Shown: positions 48,583 through 57,638 of the stretch, piece by piece | Position numbering within the stretch: position 1 is the first letter of the stretch | Layout of the letters: each line of letters starts with the position of its first letter | NCBI GenBank assembly: GCA_003216235.1 | Contig: QCJE01000003.1 | Location: forward strand, 5,542-69,541 | Reading direction: 5' to 3' | DNA: 64,000 nucleotides | From: Pelagibacteraceae bacterium AG-404-P07 | GTDB taxonomy: Bacteria; Pseudomonadota; Alphaproteobacteria; Pelagibacterales; Pelagibacteraceae | Program-made: the position numbers and the translations under genes | The notes under the pieces: generated by a model | What the model was told of the DNA's origin: nothing | What the model saw: the letters and a program-made list of their open reading frames with translations, nothing else | The model's database searches: none

Positions 48583-49340
48583 TAGTTTTCAAACGTTATA
48601 TTATTTTTTATTTTTAACTTTTTTTTAATAAATTTTATTCCTTTAGCCCATAATTTAAACGCTTCAAAATGTATCGCTGAAATAATTTTAAAGGTCATGA
48701 GAGGATGTTTTAAGTATGATTTTATCAGCTGTGAGCTTGTAAGGTCTGTTCTCGTACCATCTTGCGAAGCATATAATATTTTTTCATTAAATTGATATTG
48801 ATCGATTATGACTGATATTTTTTCTGAAGGTTTTAAAATTCTAAAAAAGTAATTACAGTTCATTTCTATAAATGGTGAAACATGAAATTTTTTTTCACAA
48901 TTATGTTGTAAAAGATTGTCATTTTCTACTTTAAAAATATAAGTATGTTGCTCTCCAAATGTATTTTTAACCTCATACAATATCGAAATTAATTTATCTT
49001 CATTGTTATAAACATAAAAAACACTCAGGGGATTAAACACATAACCTAAAATTCTTGGGTAACACAAAAGTTTTATCTTAATATTTTTATTATTTATCTT
49101 ATTTTCATTTAAATTTTTTTTAACCCATGCAACTAATGAAGTTCCATTTCTATCACCATGATCTTTGTCAAAGAAGCTAATTAAGTTAAATTTATTATAT
49201 GAAAAGAAACTTATATCTTTATCTAAAATATTTAATTCTGATAAATCAATTAAAAGTGAAAATACTTTATATTTAAAAAAATGTAATTTTGGTTTAAATC
49301 TTTTATGAATTACTGTTCCATTATAAATAGCACTAGTCAT
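48582..49340 (-). CDS. DUF1365-family protein (UfaO-like)
   Basis: Motifs HKRFKP..H.F.Y, PRILGYVFNPLS, EVKNTFGEQH, KKFHVSPF and IHFEA.KLW.KG. Confidence 0.88.
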   Translation of the reverse strand: MTSAIYNGTVIHKRFKPKLHFFKYKVFSLLIDLSELNILDKDISFFSYNKFNLISFFDKDHGDRNGTSLVAWVKKNLNENKINNKNIKIKLLCYPRILGYVFNPLSVFYVYNNEDKLISILYEVKNTFGEQHTYIFKVENDNLLQHNCEKKFHVSPFIEMNCNYFFRILKPSEKISVIIDQYQFNEKILYASQDGTRTDLTSSQLIKSYLKHPLMTFKIISAIHFEAFKLWAKGIKFIKKKLKIKNNITFEN

Positions 49341-50571
49341 TAAAGTTTTTTAGCATTTCAATAGATGATTTTAATCCATCTTCATGAAAACCGTAACCAA
49401 AATAACTACCACAAAAAAGAATATTTCTTTTATTTTGTAAATTTTTAAGCTTACTTTGATATGTAAGTGCTGACTGATCAAAATATGGATGAGTAAATTT
49501 CACTTTTTTTAAAACCTTTGATCCATCTATTTCAAAATAAGGATTCAATGTTAAAAAAATATTTTCCTCACATTTTAAATTTTGTAATAAGTTTAACCAG
49601 TATGTAATTGAATTTTTTTCAATTTCATTTTTTTTAATTGAAGAATTCCATGAAGACCATGCTTTTTTATTTTTTGGCATAACCTTTTCATCTGTGTGGA
49701 TATAAGCAATATTCTCTTTATAACTAAAATTAGATAAAATTTTCTTTTCATCTTCTGAAGGATCTTCAATCATTGATAGTGCTTCATCAGCATGGGTAGC
49801 TAAAATAACTTTGTCATAATTAAAAAATTCACTTTCACCACCGTAATATAAATCAATTCCATTGTTATTAGATTTAATTTTGGTAACTTTATAATTTTTA
49901 AAATGTTCACCACTTATCTTAGAAAGAATATTTTCGACATAAGTTCTACTTCGATTTGAAACTGTATACCATTGAGGTCTATTCTTTAATTTAAACAAAC
50001 CATGATTTTGAAAAAATTTCAAAAAAAATTTTAATGGCATCTGGTTTGCTTCATAAGGTGGCATAGACCAAATAGCAGAAACCATAGGGATCAAGTGATA
50101 ATCTATAAATTCTTTTGAGACCTTTTCTTTCTTTAAATAATCACCAAGTGTTATTTCTTCATCTAACTCATTAAATTTATCAAACTTTTTATAAAATTTA
50201 ATTATATCAAAAAACATTCTTAAAAATTTAAAATTTATCAGATTAGATCTATTAGAAAAAATTCCATCTAATCCTCTACCGCAATATTCAAAAAATGAGT
50301 CATCAACTGAAACCGAAAATGACATGTCACTTTTTTCAATTTCAATTTTATTTTCATTAAAAAATCTAATTAGATTTGGATATGTTTGAAAATTAAATAC
50401 AATGAAACCGATATCTACTGACACTTTTTTAGTTCCAAATGTTAAATCTATTGTATGAGAATGTCCCCCGAAATGATCTTCTTTTTCAAATAAGTCTACA
50501 TGATGATTTTTTGATAAGTAGTAAGCAGCACTTAAGCCTGAAATTCCTGAGCCAACAACAGCAATTTTCAT
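49333..50571 (-). CDS. NAD/FAD-binding amine-oxidase-fold protein (UfaD-like desaturase)
   Basis: Motifs KIAVVGSGISGL, GGHSHT, VDIGFIVFN..TYPN, FF.NHGL, WSSWN and GYGFHEDG. Confidence 0.85.
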   Translation of the reverse strand: MKIAVVGSGISGLSAAYYLSKNHHVDLFEKEDHFGGHSHTIDLTFGTKKVSVDIGFIVFNFQTYPNLIRFFNENKIEIEKSDMSFSVSVDDSFFEYCGRGLDGIFSNRSNLINFKFLRMFFDIIKFYKKFDKFNELDEEITLGDYLKKEKVSKEFIDYHLIPMVSAIWSMPPYEANQMPLKFFLKFFQNHGLFKLKNRPQWYTVSNRSRTYVENILSKISGEHFKNYKVTKIKSNNNGIDLYYGGESEFFNYDKVILATHADEALSMIEDPSEDEKKILSNFSYKENIAYIHTDEKVMPKNKKAWSSWNSSIKKNEIEKNSITYWLNLLQNLKCEENIFLTLNPYFEIDGSKVLKKVKFTHPYFDQSALTYQSKLKNLQNKRNILFCGSYFGYGFHEDGLKSSIEMLKNFND

Positions 50572-50577
50572 TAAACT

Positions 50578-53448
50578 TTATGCTGCATCTTCTTTGAATT
50601 CATCCATACTTGGACATGTACAGAAGATATTCTTATCACCATACACATTGTCTACCCTTGCTACAGGAGGCCAAAACTTATTTGCTCGTAAAAATTTAGC
50701 TGGATAAGCAGCCTCTTCTCGAGTGTATTTGTGCGTCCATTCATCTGATGCTAATTCGGTATCAGTATGAGGTGCATTCTTTATTGGATTATCAACTTTA
50801 TCAAACTTACCAGATTTTATTTGATCAATTTCTTGTTTTATCTTTATTAAAGTGTCACAAAATCTATCCAGTTCAGATAAGCTTTCACTTTCTGTAGGTT
50901 CAATCATCATAGTACCAGCTACTGGCCATGACATCGTCGGTGCATGAAAGCCAAAATCAATTAATCTTTTAGCGATATCTTCCTCTGTAATACCTGTTTC
51001 TGATTTTATTGTTCTGATATCAATAATACACTCATGAGCAACGTTGCCTTTAGAACCTTTGTATAAAATTGGAAAATGATCTTTAAGTCTATTTGCAATA
51101 TAATTAGCGTTTAAGATTGCAACTTGAGTGGCAAGTTTTAATCCCTCAGAACCCATCATTTTAATATACATCCAAGAAATTGATAAAATACTTGAACTAC
51201 CCCAAGGAGCTGCTGAAACAGCACCAATTCCTGACGAAGGGCCACAGTCTTTAACAACCGGATGATTAGGTAGATAAACTTGTAAATGTCTTTTACATGC
51301 AATAGGTCCCATTCCAGGTCCTCCACCACCATGCGGAATACAGAATGTTTTGTGTAAGTTTATATGACAAACATCTGGACCAAAATTTCCAGGTTTTGCA
51401 ATTCCAACTAAAGCATTTAAATTTGCTCCATCCATATAAACTTGACCTCCATGTTTATGAATTAATTCACAGATATCTGATATTTTTTCTTCAAAAACTC
51501 CATGAGTTGATGGATAAGTTACCATCAATGCTCCAAGATTTTCAGAATGAGTTTCTGCTTTTTTCTTTAAATCCTCAAAATCAACGTTTCCTTCTTTATC
51601 ACAATTAACCACAACAACTTTCATTCCAACCATCTGAGCACTTGCTGGATTGGTTCCATGTGCTGAGCTTGGTATTAGACATATATTTCTATTTTTATCA
51701 CCTCTATCTAAATGATATTTTCTAATTACCATTAATCCTGCATACTCACCTTGAGCACCTGCATTTGGCTGAAGTGAAACTCCTGAAAAACCAGTAATTG
51801 ATCTTAGCCAATTTTTAAGGTCTGTGAACATTGTTCTGTATCCTTCCATCTGTTCAATAGGCACAAACGGATGAGGCTCTGCTAGTTCTCTCCATGAAAT
51901 AGGTATCATTTCTGCGGTAGCATTTAATTTCATGGTACATGAGCCTAGGGCAATCATAGTTCTGTTAAGAGCTATGTCCTTGTCTTCTAACTTTTTAAGA
52001 TATCTAAGCATTTCTGTTTCTGAATGATAAGAATTAAAAACAGGATGCTCTAAATATTTTGAAGTTCTTAATAAATTTTTTGGTAAATTGGGTAAACTTA
52101 CTGTAGGATCTTCTTTCTTAATTGATTCAGCTGCATTAAAAATTTTTAATAGTTGATTTACTCTATAAACATTTTTCTTTTCATCAAAAGAAACAGCAAG
52201 CATTTCTGAATTTACTTTTCTTATATTAACTTTTTGAGCCAAAGCATTTTTAAAGATTTGATCAGTTTTTTCTTTAGTAACAATTGTTACAGTATCAAAA
52301 AAATAATCTGAATATATTTCATACCCAGATTGTTTTATCTTATCAGCAAAGTTTTTTGCTAATTGAGAAACTCTTTCAGAAATACTTTTAATTCCATCAG
52401 GTCCATGATAAATTGCATATGCTGCTGAAACTATTGCTAATAAAGCTTGCGCAGTGCAAATATTACTAGTCGCCTTATCTCTTCTAATGTGTTGTTCTCT
52501 AGTTTGTAAAGATAATCTGTAAGCTTTATTTCCATGTCTATCAACTGATACACCAACAATTCTTCCTGGCATTGATCTTTTATACTCATCTTTTGTTGCA
52601 AAAAATGCTGCATGGGGTCCTCCATAACCCATTGGGATGCCAAATCTTTGAGAACTGCCAACTGCAATATCGGCTCCTAGCTCTCTTGGTGTTTTTAGCT
52701 TTGCGAGTGCTAGCAGATCACATGCTAAAATTGCTTTACCATTTTTTTTATGAATTTTACTTATTGCCTCACTAGGATTTTTAATATCACCTAAAGTTCC
52801 AGGGTACTGTAAAATTCCACAAACAATATCTTCTTTTAACTGCTCTAAAACTTTTTCCTCATTCCCAACCAGAACTTTTAGACCAATTGGCTCCGCTCTA
52901 GTTTGTATTACATCAATAGTTTGTGGATGACAATTTTCTGAGACAAAAACTAAATTACTATCACCTTTATTAAGTCTGTGACTCAGGCCCATAGCCTCTG
53001 CAGCTGCTGTACCTTCGTCTAGTAAAGATGCATTTGCAATATCCATTCCCGTAAAATCAACAATCATTTGTTGAAAGTTTAACAGCATTTCCAATCTTCC
53101 TTGCGCTACCTCTGGCTGATAAGGTGTGTAGGAAGTATACCAACCAGGATTTTCTAAAATATTTCTTAAGATTACATGTGGTGTATAGGTTCCGTAATAA
53201 CCCATACCAATAAAATTTGAGTAAACTTGATTTTGTTTTGAAATTACTTTTAATTTTCTTAATGCTTCATATTCTGAATTCGATTCACCAATATTTAATT
53301 CGCCTCTAAACTGTATTTTTTCTGGAACAGTATTATCTATCAAGTCGTCCAGTGATTTATAATTTAATTTTTTTAACATCTTTGATTGTTCTTCTTCAGA
53401 AGGACCAATATGTCTTTTTAAAAAATCTTTTTGGGAATTATGTAACAT
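50578..53448 (-). CDS. gcvP: Glycine dehydrogenase (decarboxylating), P protein
   Basis: Motifs RHIGP, YTPYQPEVAQGRLE, REQHIRRDKATSNICTAQ, LGSCTMKLN and NLHKTFCIPHGGGGPG. Confidence 0.98.
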   Translation of the reverse strand: MLHNSQKDFLKRHIGPSEEEQSKMLKKLNYKSLDDLIDNTVPEKIQFRGELNIGESNSEYEALRKLKVISKQNQVYSNFIGMGYYGTYTPHVILRNILENPGWYTSYTPYQPEVAQGRLEMLLNFQQMIVDFTGMDIANASLLDEGTAAAEAMGLSHRLNKGDSNLVFVSENCHPQTIDVIQTRAEPIGLKVLVGNEEKVLEQLKEDIVCGILQYPGTLGDIKNPSEAISKIHKKNGKAILACDLLALAKLKTPRELGADIAVGSSQRFGIPMGYGGPHAAFFATKDEYKRSMPGRIVGVSVDRHGNKAYRLSLQTREQHIRRDKATSNICTAQALLAIVSAAYAIYHGPDGIKSISERVSQLAKNFADKIKQSGYEIYSDYFFDTVTIVTKEKTDQIFKNALAQKVNIRKVNSEMLAVSFDEKKNVYRVNQLLKIFNAAESIKKEDPTVSLPNLPKNLLRTSKYLEHPVFNSYHSETEMLRYLKKLEDKDIALNRTMIALGSCTMKLNATAEMIPISWRELAEPHPFVPIEQMEGYRTMFTDLKNWLRSITGFSGVSLQPNAGAQGEYAGLMVIRKYHLDRGDKNRNICLIPSSAHGTNPASAQMVGMKVVVVNCDKEGNVDFEDLKKKAETHSENLGALMVTYPSTHGVFEEKISDICELIHKHGGQVYMDGANLNALVGIAKPGNFGPDVCHINLHKTFCIPHGGGGPGMGPIACKRHLQVYLPNHPVVKDCGPSSGIGAVSAAPWGSSSILSISWMYIKMMGSEGLKLATQVAILNANYIANRLKDHFPILYKGSKGNVAHECIIDIRTIKSETGITEEDIAKRLIDFGFHAPTMSWPVAGTMMIEPTESESLSELDRFCDTLIKIKQEIDQIKSGKFDKVDNPIKNAPHTDTELASDEWTHKYTREEAAYPAKFLRANKFWPPVARVDNVYGDKNIFCTCPSMDEFKEDAA

Positions 53449-53828
53449 TATGATGAGCTCTCCTTTGCAAATTTATCATATTCATCTTTATTCATTAAAG
53501 AGTCCATTTCTGATTTATCTTTAATCTTTAACTTAAAGAACCATGCGGTATTTTCAGGATCTTGGTTAATTTTTGATGGATCATCTACGATATCCTGATT
53601 AGTATCAACTACCTCACCGCTAACTGGTGTATACACATCACTTGCGGCTTTTGTAGACTCAACAACTCCTGCTGTTCCATCTTTTTCTACATTGGAACCT
53701 TTTTCTGGAAGCTCTGTAAAAACTATATCTCCTAACATTTCTGTTGCATGTTTTGTAATTCCAATAGTAGCTACATCACCTTCTAACTTAATCCACTCAT
53801 GTTCTTTAGAATATTTTACTTCACTCAT
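53448..53828 (-). CDS. gcvH: Glycine cleavage system H protein
   Basis: Motifs HEWI, LGDIVF and VESTKAASD (lipoyl-Lys). Confidence 0.97.
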   Translation of the reverse strand: MSEVKYSKEHEWIKLEGDVATIGITKHATEMLGDIVFTELPEKGSNVEKDGTAGVVESTKAASDVYTPVSGEVVDTNQDIVDDPSKINQDPENTAWFFKLKIKDKSEMDSLMNKDEYDKFAKESSS

Positions 53829-54931
53829 TTGTTTGCTCCTTTCACATAACTTTTTTTATAAAATGGTAACCCACAGATATTTGCTGGGTATTTTTTTCCT
53901 CTTACTTCTAAAAAAACTTTTGTATCTTTCTTTGAGAATTCATTTTCAACATAACCCATTGCTACTGGTCCATTTACACTTGGACCAAATGTTCCACTTG
54001 TTATTTCGCCTATATATGAGTCTGATTGATTAAATATCTTGGTTTTTTCTCTCGCAATTACTCTACCCTCTGGTTTTATACCAACTCTAATTTTACTAAC
54101 GCCATCATTAAGTTGTTTATTAATTATATTTGATCCAATAAAATTACCTTTGGAAACTCTCTCTTTCGAAATTGCCCATTTTAAATTTGCCTCTACTGGC
54201 GTTTTGTTCTTATCTAGTTCATGGCCATATAAACATAAACCAGCTTCTAATCTTAGAGTATCTCTTGCGCCAAGACCGATCAACTTTGCTCCTTTTTCAA
54301 TTAATCTTTTTGTAAACTTTTCTACTAGATCATTGGGTAAAGAAATTTCAAAGCCATCCTCTCCTGTATAACCAGATCGCGTAATATAAATTTTTTGTTG
54401 CTCAAATAAGAACCAATTCCCGGTCATAAAGGATAGTTCTTCTACACCATTAATAATGTTATTTAAAATTTGTGCTGATTTTGGTCCTTGAATGGCAATT
54501 AAAGATCTGTTTTCATCTAAGACCATTTTATGTTTATTATTTAGTAACTTACTTAAAATTTTAAAATCATTCTCTTTACATGCGGCATTCAGAATTATTA
54601 AAAAACCTTGCTCAATTTTAGTTACAATTAAATCATCATATATGCCTGCTTCATCATTCATTAAAAAACTATATTTTGAATGATTTAATTTTAAATCTTT
54701 TAAGTTTAACGGAAAAATTTTCTCTAAATCTTCAATTAGATTTTCATCTCCATAAATAAATAATTGCCCCATGTGAGAAACGTCAAAGATACCTGAATGA
54801 TTTCTTGTGAATTTATGCTCCTCAACTATTCCATCTGAATATTGAATGGGCATTTGATATCCTGCAAATTCAACAAACTTCGCCTTATTATCTTGATGTA
54901 ATTTATATAAAGATGTTTTTTTTATTTCCAT
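53825..54931 (-). CDS. gcvT: Glycine cleavage aminomethyltransferase T
   Basis: Motifs [27 protein letters not shown] and [18 protein letters not shown]. Confidence 0.97.
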   Translation of the reverse strand: MEIKKTSLYKLHQDNKAKFVEFAGYQMPIQYSDGIVEEHKFTRNHSGIFDVSHMGQLFIYGDENLIEDLEKIFPLNLKDLKLNHSKYSFLMNDEAGIYDDLIVTKIEQGFLIILNAACKENDFKILSKLLNNKHKMVLDENRSLIAIQGPKSAQILNNIINGVEELSFMTGNWFLFEQQKIYITRSGYTGEDGFEISLPNDLVEKFTKRLIEKGAKLIGLGARDTLRLEAGLCLYGHELDKNKTPVEANLKWAISKERVSKGNFIGSNIINKQLNDGVSKIRVGIKPEGRVIAREKTKIFNQSDSYIGEITSGTFGPSVNGPVAMGYVENEFSKKDTKVFLEVRGKKYPANICGLPFYKKSYVKGANK

Positions 54932-54945
54932 ATTAACTCTTTTTA

Positions 54946-55093
54946 CCCATCTGTATATTTGCCTGAGAGTTTTGCTCCTTCGGCGAGAATTTAATCTCTT
55001 TCCAGAGTTAATACGTTACGGTCCTTTTTGCCTGAGAGATTCCTGGGTGGTTGCTCCTTCGGCGCTACGGTATTAAGTAGTCTCTCCCGTATA
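54946..55093 (-). ncRNA. Tandem glycine riboswitch upstream of gcvT
   Basis: The minus strand has two aptamers with the conserved cores: acgGGAGAGA...CGCCGAAGGAGCAA...AATCTCTCAGGCAAAAAGGACCGT, then CTCTGGAAAGAG...CGCCGAAGGAGCAAAACTCTCAGGCAA...ACAGATGGG. It is a GC-rich island directly 5' of gcvT. Confidence 0.95.
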
Positions 55094-55121
55094 GACATAA
55101 TCTAATAAGTAGAGACATATG

Positions 55122-56000
55122 TCAATGAGAAATAGTTTTTTCACTTTTTTTTAAAAGCGTATAAAACTGTATTAAAACAGCTAAAAGAATTATAGCTCCT
55201 CCAATTAAACTTAACGTTGAGGGTCTTTCGCTTGCAAATAGAAAAGCCCACAAAGGTCCAAGAACAGATTCGGATAACATTATTACTCCAACCATTGCTG
55301 AAGGCGTTGTTCTTGCGCCTATAGTAATAAATATAAAACCAAAACCTATTTGAAAAAAACCAGCCAGAAAACCTAAGAAAATATCATAATATGAAATCAT
55401 AATTTTTGTTGAAAGAATATATCCAATTAAGCAGCAACATATTCCTGCAACAAATTGTGCTGGAACCATATCAATTGATGGATATTTTCTAACAACAATA
55501 ATCAATACCGCAAAAGTTATTGGCATTGAGAATGCAGCTAAATTTCCAGTCAGCTCTCCTGGTGATAAAGAATTTCCAACCATAATTAAAACACCAATGA
55601 TCGCCAAAATAATAGAAAATAAAGTAATTGAGGAAATTTTTTCTTTTAAAAAAAAATAACCAAAAATAGCTAAAAATAAAATTTGTAATGAAATGATAAA
55701 ATTAGTGTTAGCTACAGTTGTAGTGTACATTGCAACTACATATCCGCAAAAACCTAAGGATAAAATCACTCCGGCAAAAAATCCAGGAAGTCCTGATAAG
55801 TAAAATGAACTAAATAATCTTTTTTTGTAAGTTATTAATAAAAAGAGTAAAATAGTAATAGAAAAAAAAACTGATCGCCAAAATAAAATTTGCCATAAAT
55901 TGGCTCCCTCAAAAGATTTTACAATTAAACCTCCAAAACTTAAACTTACAGCACCAAAAAAAACTAATAAAGGACCTGGTAAATTTTTTATTAAGTTCAT
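55122..56000 (-). CDS. DMT/EamA-family transporter
   Basis: About 10 TMs; WQILFWRS, TTVANT and LSESVLGPLW motifs; its start overlaps the pxpC stop. Confidence 0.87.
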   Translation of the reverse strand: MNLIKNLPGPLLVFFGAVSLSFGGLIVKSFEGANLWQILFWRSVFFSITILLFLLITYKKRLFSSFYLSGLPGFFAGVILSLGFCGYVVAMYTTTVANTNFIISLQILFLAIFGYFFLKEKISSITLFSIILAIIGVLIMVGNSLSPGELTGNLAAFSMPITFAVLIIVVRKYPSIDMVPAQFVAGICCCLIGYILSTKIMISYYDIFLGFLAGFFQIGFGFIFITIGARTTPSAMVGVIMLSESVLGPLWAFLFASERPSTLSLIGGAIILLAVLIQFYTLLKKSEKTISH

Positions 56001-56944
56001 TATATTTGAGAAATTAGATTTTGAGTTTCTAATTCATACAATTTATACAAAGATTCTGCACTAGATAATTCAATTTCTTCAAATTTAATTTTTGTTCCTG
56101 GTGTTAATTGAACTAATTTGTCATAGTCAGCACTTATTACTACACCTATTTTTGGGTATCCACCTATAGTTCCATGATCGGAAAGCATAATAATAGGATT
56201 TCCATCAGCAGGTACCTGTATAGCTCCTTTTATTAAACCCTCAGATTTAATGTTAGTATTTACAATATTTTCTATTTTTGAACCTTGTAATCTCATTCCC
56301 ATTCGATCAGATAATTTTGAAATTGTAAATTCTTTTTCAAAAAAAAGATCTTTTCCTTTTTTTGAAAAATAGTCAAAGTTAGTTCCCTTGATTATCCGAA
56401 TATTTTCTATTCTTGTATTTACATAATTTAATTTTTTACTATTTAAATTTTTATTAATTTTTAAAAGATTTATTTTTTGGTCAACATTTAATTTTTTACC
56501 CTCATTTGCACCTATATTTGCTTTTGTATTAGTAGAGCAACTTGACCATTGATATTTTAAATCAAATTCTCCACTTATAGATAAATAACCATAAACAGAT
56601 TTATTGGTTGATATGATATCTAATTTATCTCCACTCTCTATTTCAAAAGTTTGATAACAGACTCCATCTATCTTGCTATTGTTTCTTTTAATTATAAAAT
56701 TTACATCTCCTGTAATAGCAATATTAATTTTTTCTCCTAAATATTCCAGTAAAGGACCTTGATAAGCAAATTCAATTACTGGAGACTCAAGTTTGTTTCC
56801 TACTAATTTATTAGCTAATAAATAATTTCTGTTATCCATAGCACCACTAAATGGGATTCCAATATGATAAAGATTTTTTCTACCACCATCTTGAAATGTA
56901 GTATTAATTCCAGCTCTTAAAATTTTGAAATAATTTTTATTCAT
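56000..56944 (-). CDS. pxpC: 5-oxoprolinase subunit C (KipA/AHS2 family)
   Basis: Motifs TTFQDGGR, SGAMD, SDRMGMRL and GAIQVP.DG.PIIM.SD..TIGGYPKI. Confidence 0.82.
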   Translation of the reverse strand: MNKNYFKILRAGINTTFQDGGRKNLYHIGIPFSGAMDNRNYLLANKLVGNKLESPVIEFAYQGPLLEYLGEKINIAITGDVNFIIKRNNSKIDGVCYQTFEIESGDKLDIISTNKSVYGYLSISGEFDLKYQWSSCSTNTKANIGANEGKKLNVDQKINLLKINKNLNSKKLNYVNTRIENIRIIKGTNFDYFSKKGKDLFFEKEFTISKLSDRMGMRLQGSKIENIVNTNIKSEGLIKGAIQVPADGNPIIMLSDHGTIGGYPKIGVVISADYDKLVQLTPGTKIKFEEIELSSAESLYKLYELETQNLISQI

Positions 56945-57611
56945 TGAAATTTTGATGTTGATCTTTTGATATTTCTTTAAATGTAACTATATCGCCTGGG
57001 TTAATTAAATTTGGATCTTTTTCATTAAAACTATCAAAAATTTTTAAAGGAGAGTTCCCAATTACATTCCACCCCCCAGGACTTTCAAATGTATAGATAT
57101 TTGCAAATTGTTCAGTTAATCCTACAGAGCCTTTGGGCACTTTAACTCTTGGTGTATCCAATCGATTAACTCTCATATTGATATCAAGATCACCAAGAAA
57201 AGGCATGCCAGCTATAAAACCTGTCATATAACAAAAAAATTCTTTTTTGAAAATATTTTCATAGATTTTAACTCTATTTATTTTCAACTTTTCTTCTAAT
57301 CTTGATATATCAAGTGCAAAACTTTCATGAGTACATACAGGAACTTCTATTTTTTTACTTTTCAATTCATCATGGCTATCAATATTAAGATTTTCGACAA
57401 TTTTTTTTATTACTTTGAAATTAGTCATTTTTAAATCAAATGAAATAATCAACTTATTGTAAGATGGAGTTAAATTATTAATACCTTCTATATTTTTTTT
57501 TTGAATACTTTTGAAATATTTGATTACTTCAGTATTTGTAGATTGATTTACCTCATTACCAAAATCACAATATAAAGCCGCATCACCAAGATTTGATATA
57601 TTTTTTATCAT
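56937..57611 (-). CDS. pxpB: 5-oxoprolinase subunit B (KipI/AHS1 family)
   Basis: Motifs GDAAL, PSYN, GFIAGMPFL, R..TPR..VP.GSVG and SPGGWNVIG. Confidence 0.82.
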   Translation of the reverse strand: MIKNISNLGDAALYCDFGNEVNQSTNTEVIKYFKSIQKKNIEGINNLTPSYNKLIISFDLKMTNFKVIKKIVENLNIDSHDELKSKKIEVPVCTHESFALDISRLEEKLKINRVKIYENIFKKEFFCYMTGFIAGMPFLGDLDINMRVNRLDTPRVKVPKGSVGLTEQFANIYTFESPGGWNVIGNSPLKIFDSFNEKDPNLINPGDIVTFKEISKDQHQNFNE

Positions 57612-57638
57612 GCCATGTTATACTTAACTATTATAACT
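57612..57638. promoter_or_regulatory. 27-bp divergent control region between pxpB and pxpA
   Basis: Plus strand has TG-T-TATACT (extended -10, 57616-57624). Minus strand has TATAAT (57630-57635). An inverted repeat GTTATA-N9-TATAAC spans 57617-57637. Confidence 0.45.

Noticed and set aside
56000-57611. Reading pxpB/pxpC as allophanate hydrolase or urea amidolyase handling urea from creatinase
   Set aside because: The adjacent LamB/YcsF (pxpA) gene completes the established 5-oxoprolinase trio, and there is no fused biotin carboxylase or amidase-type allophanate hydrolase.
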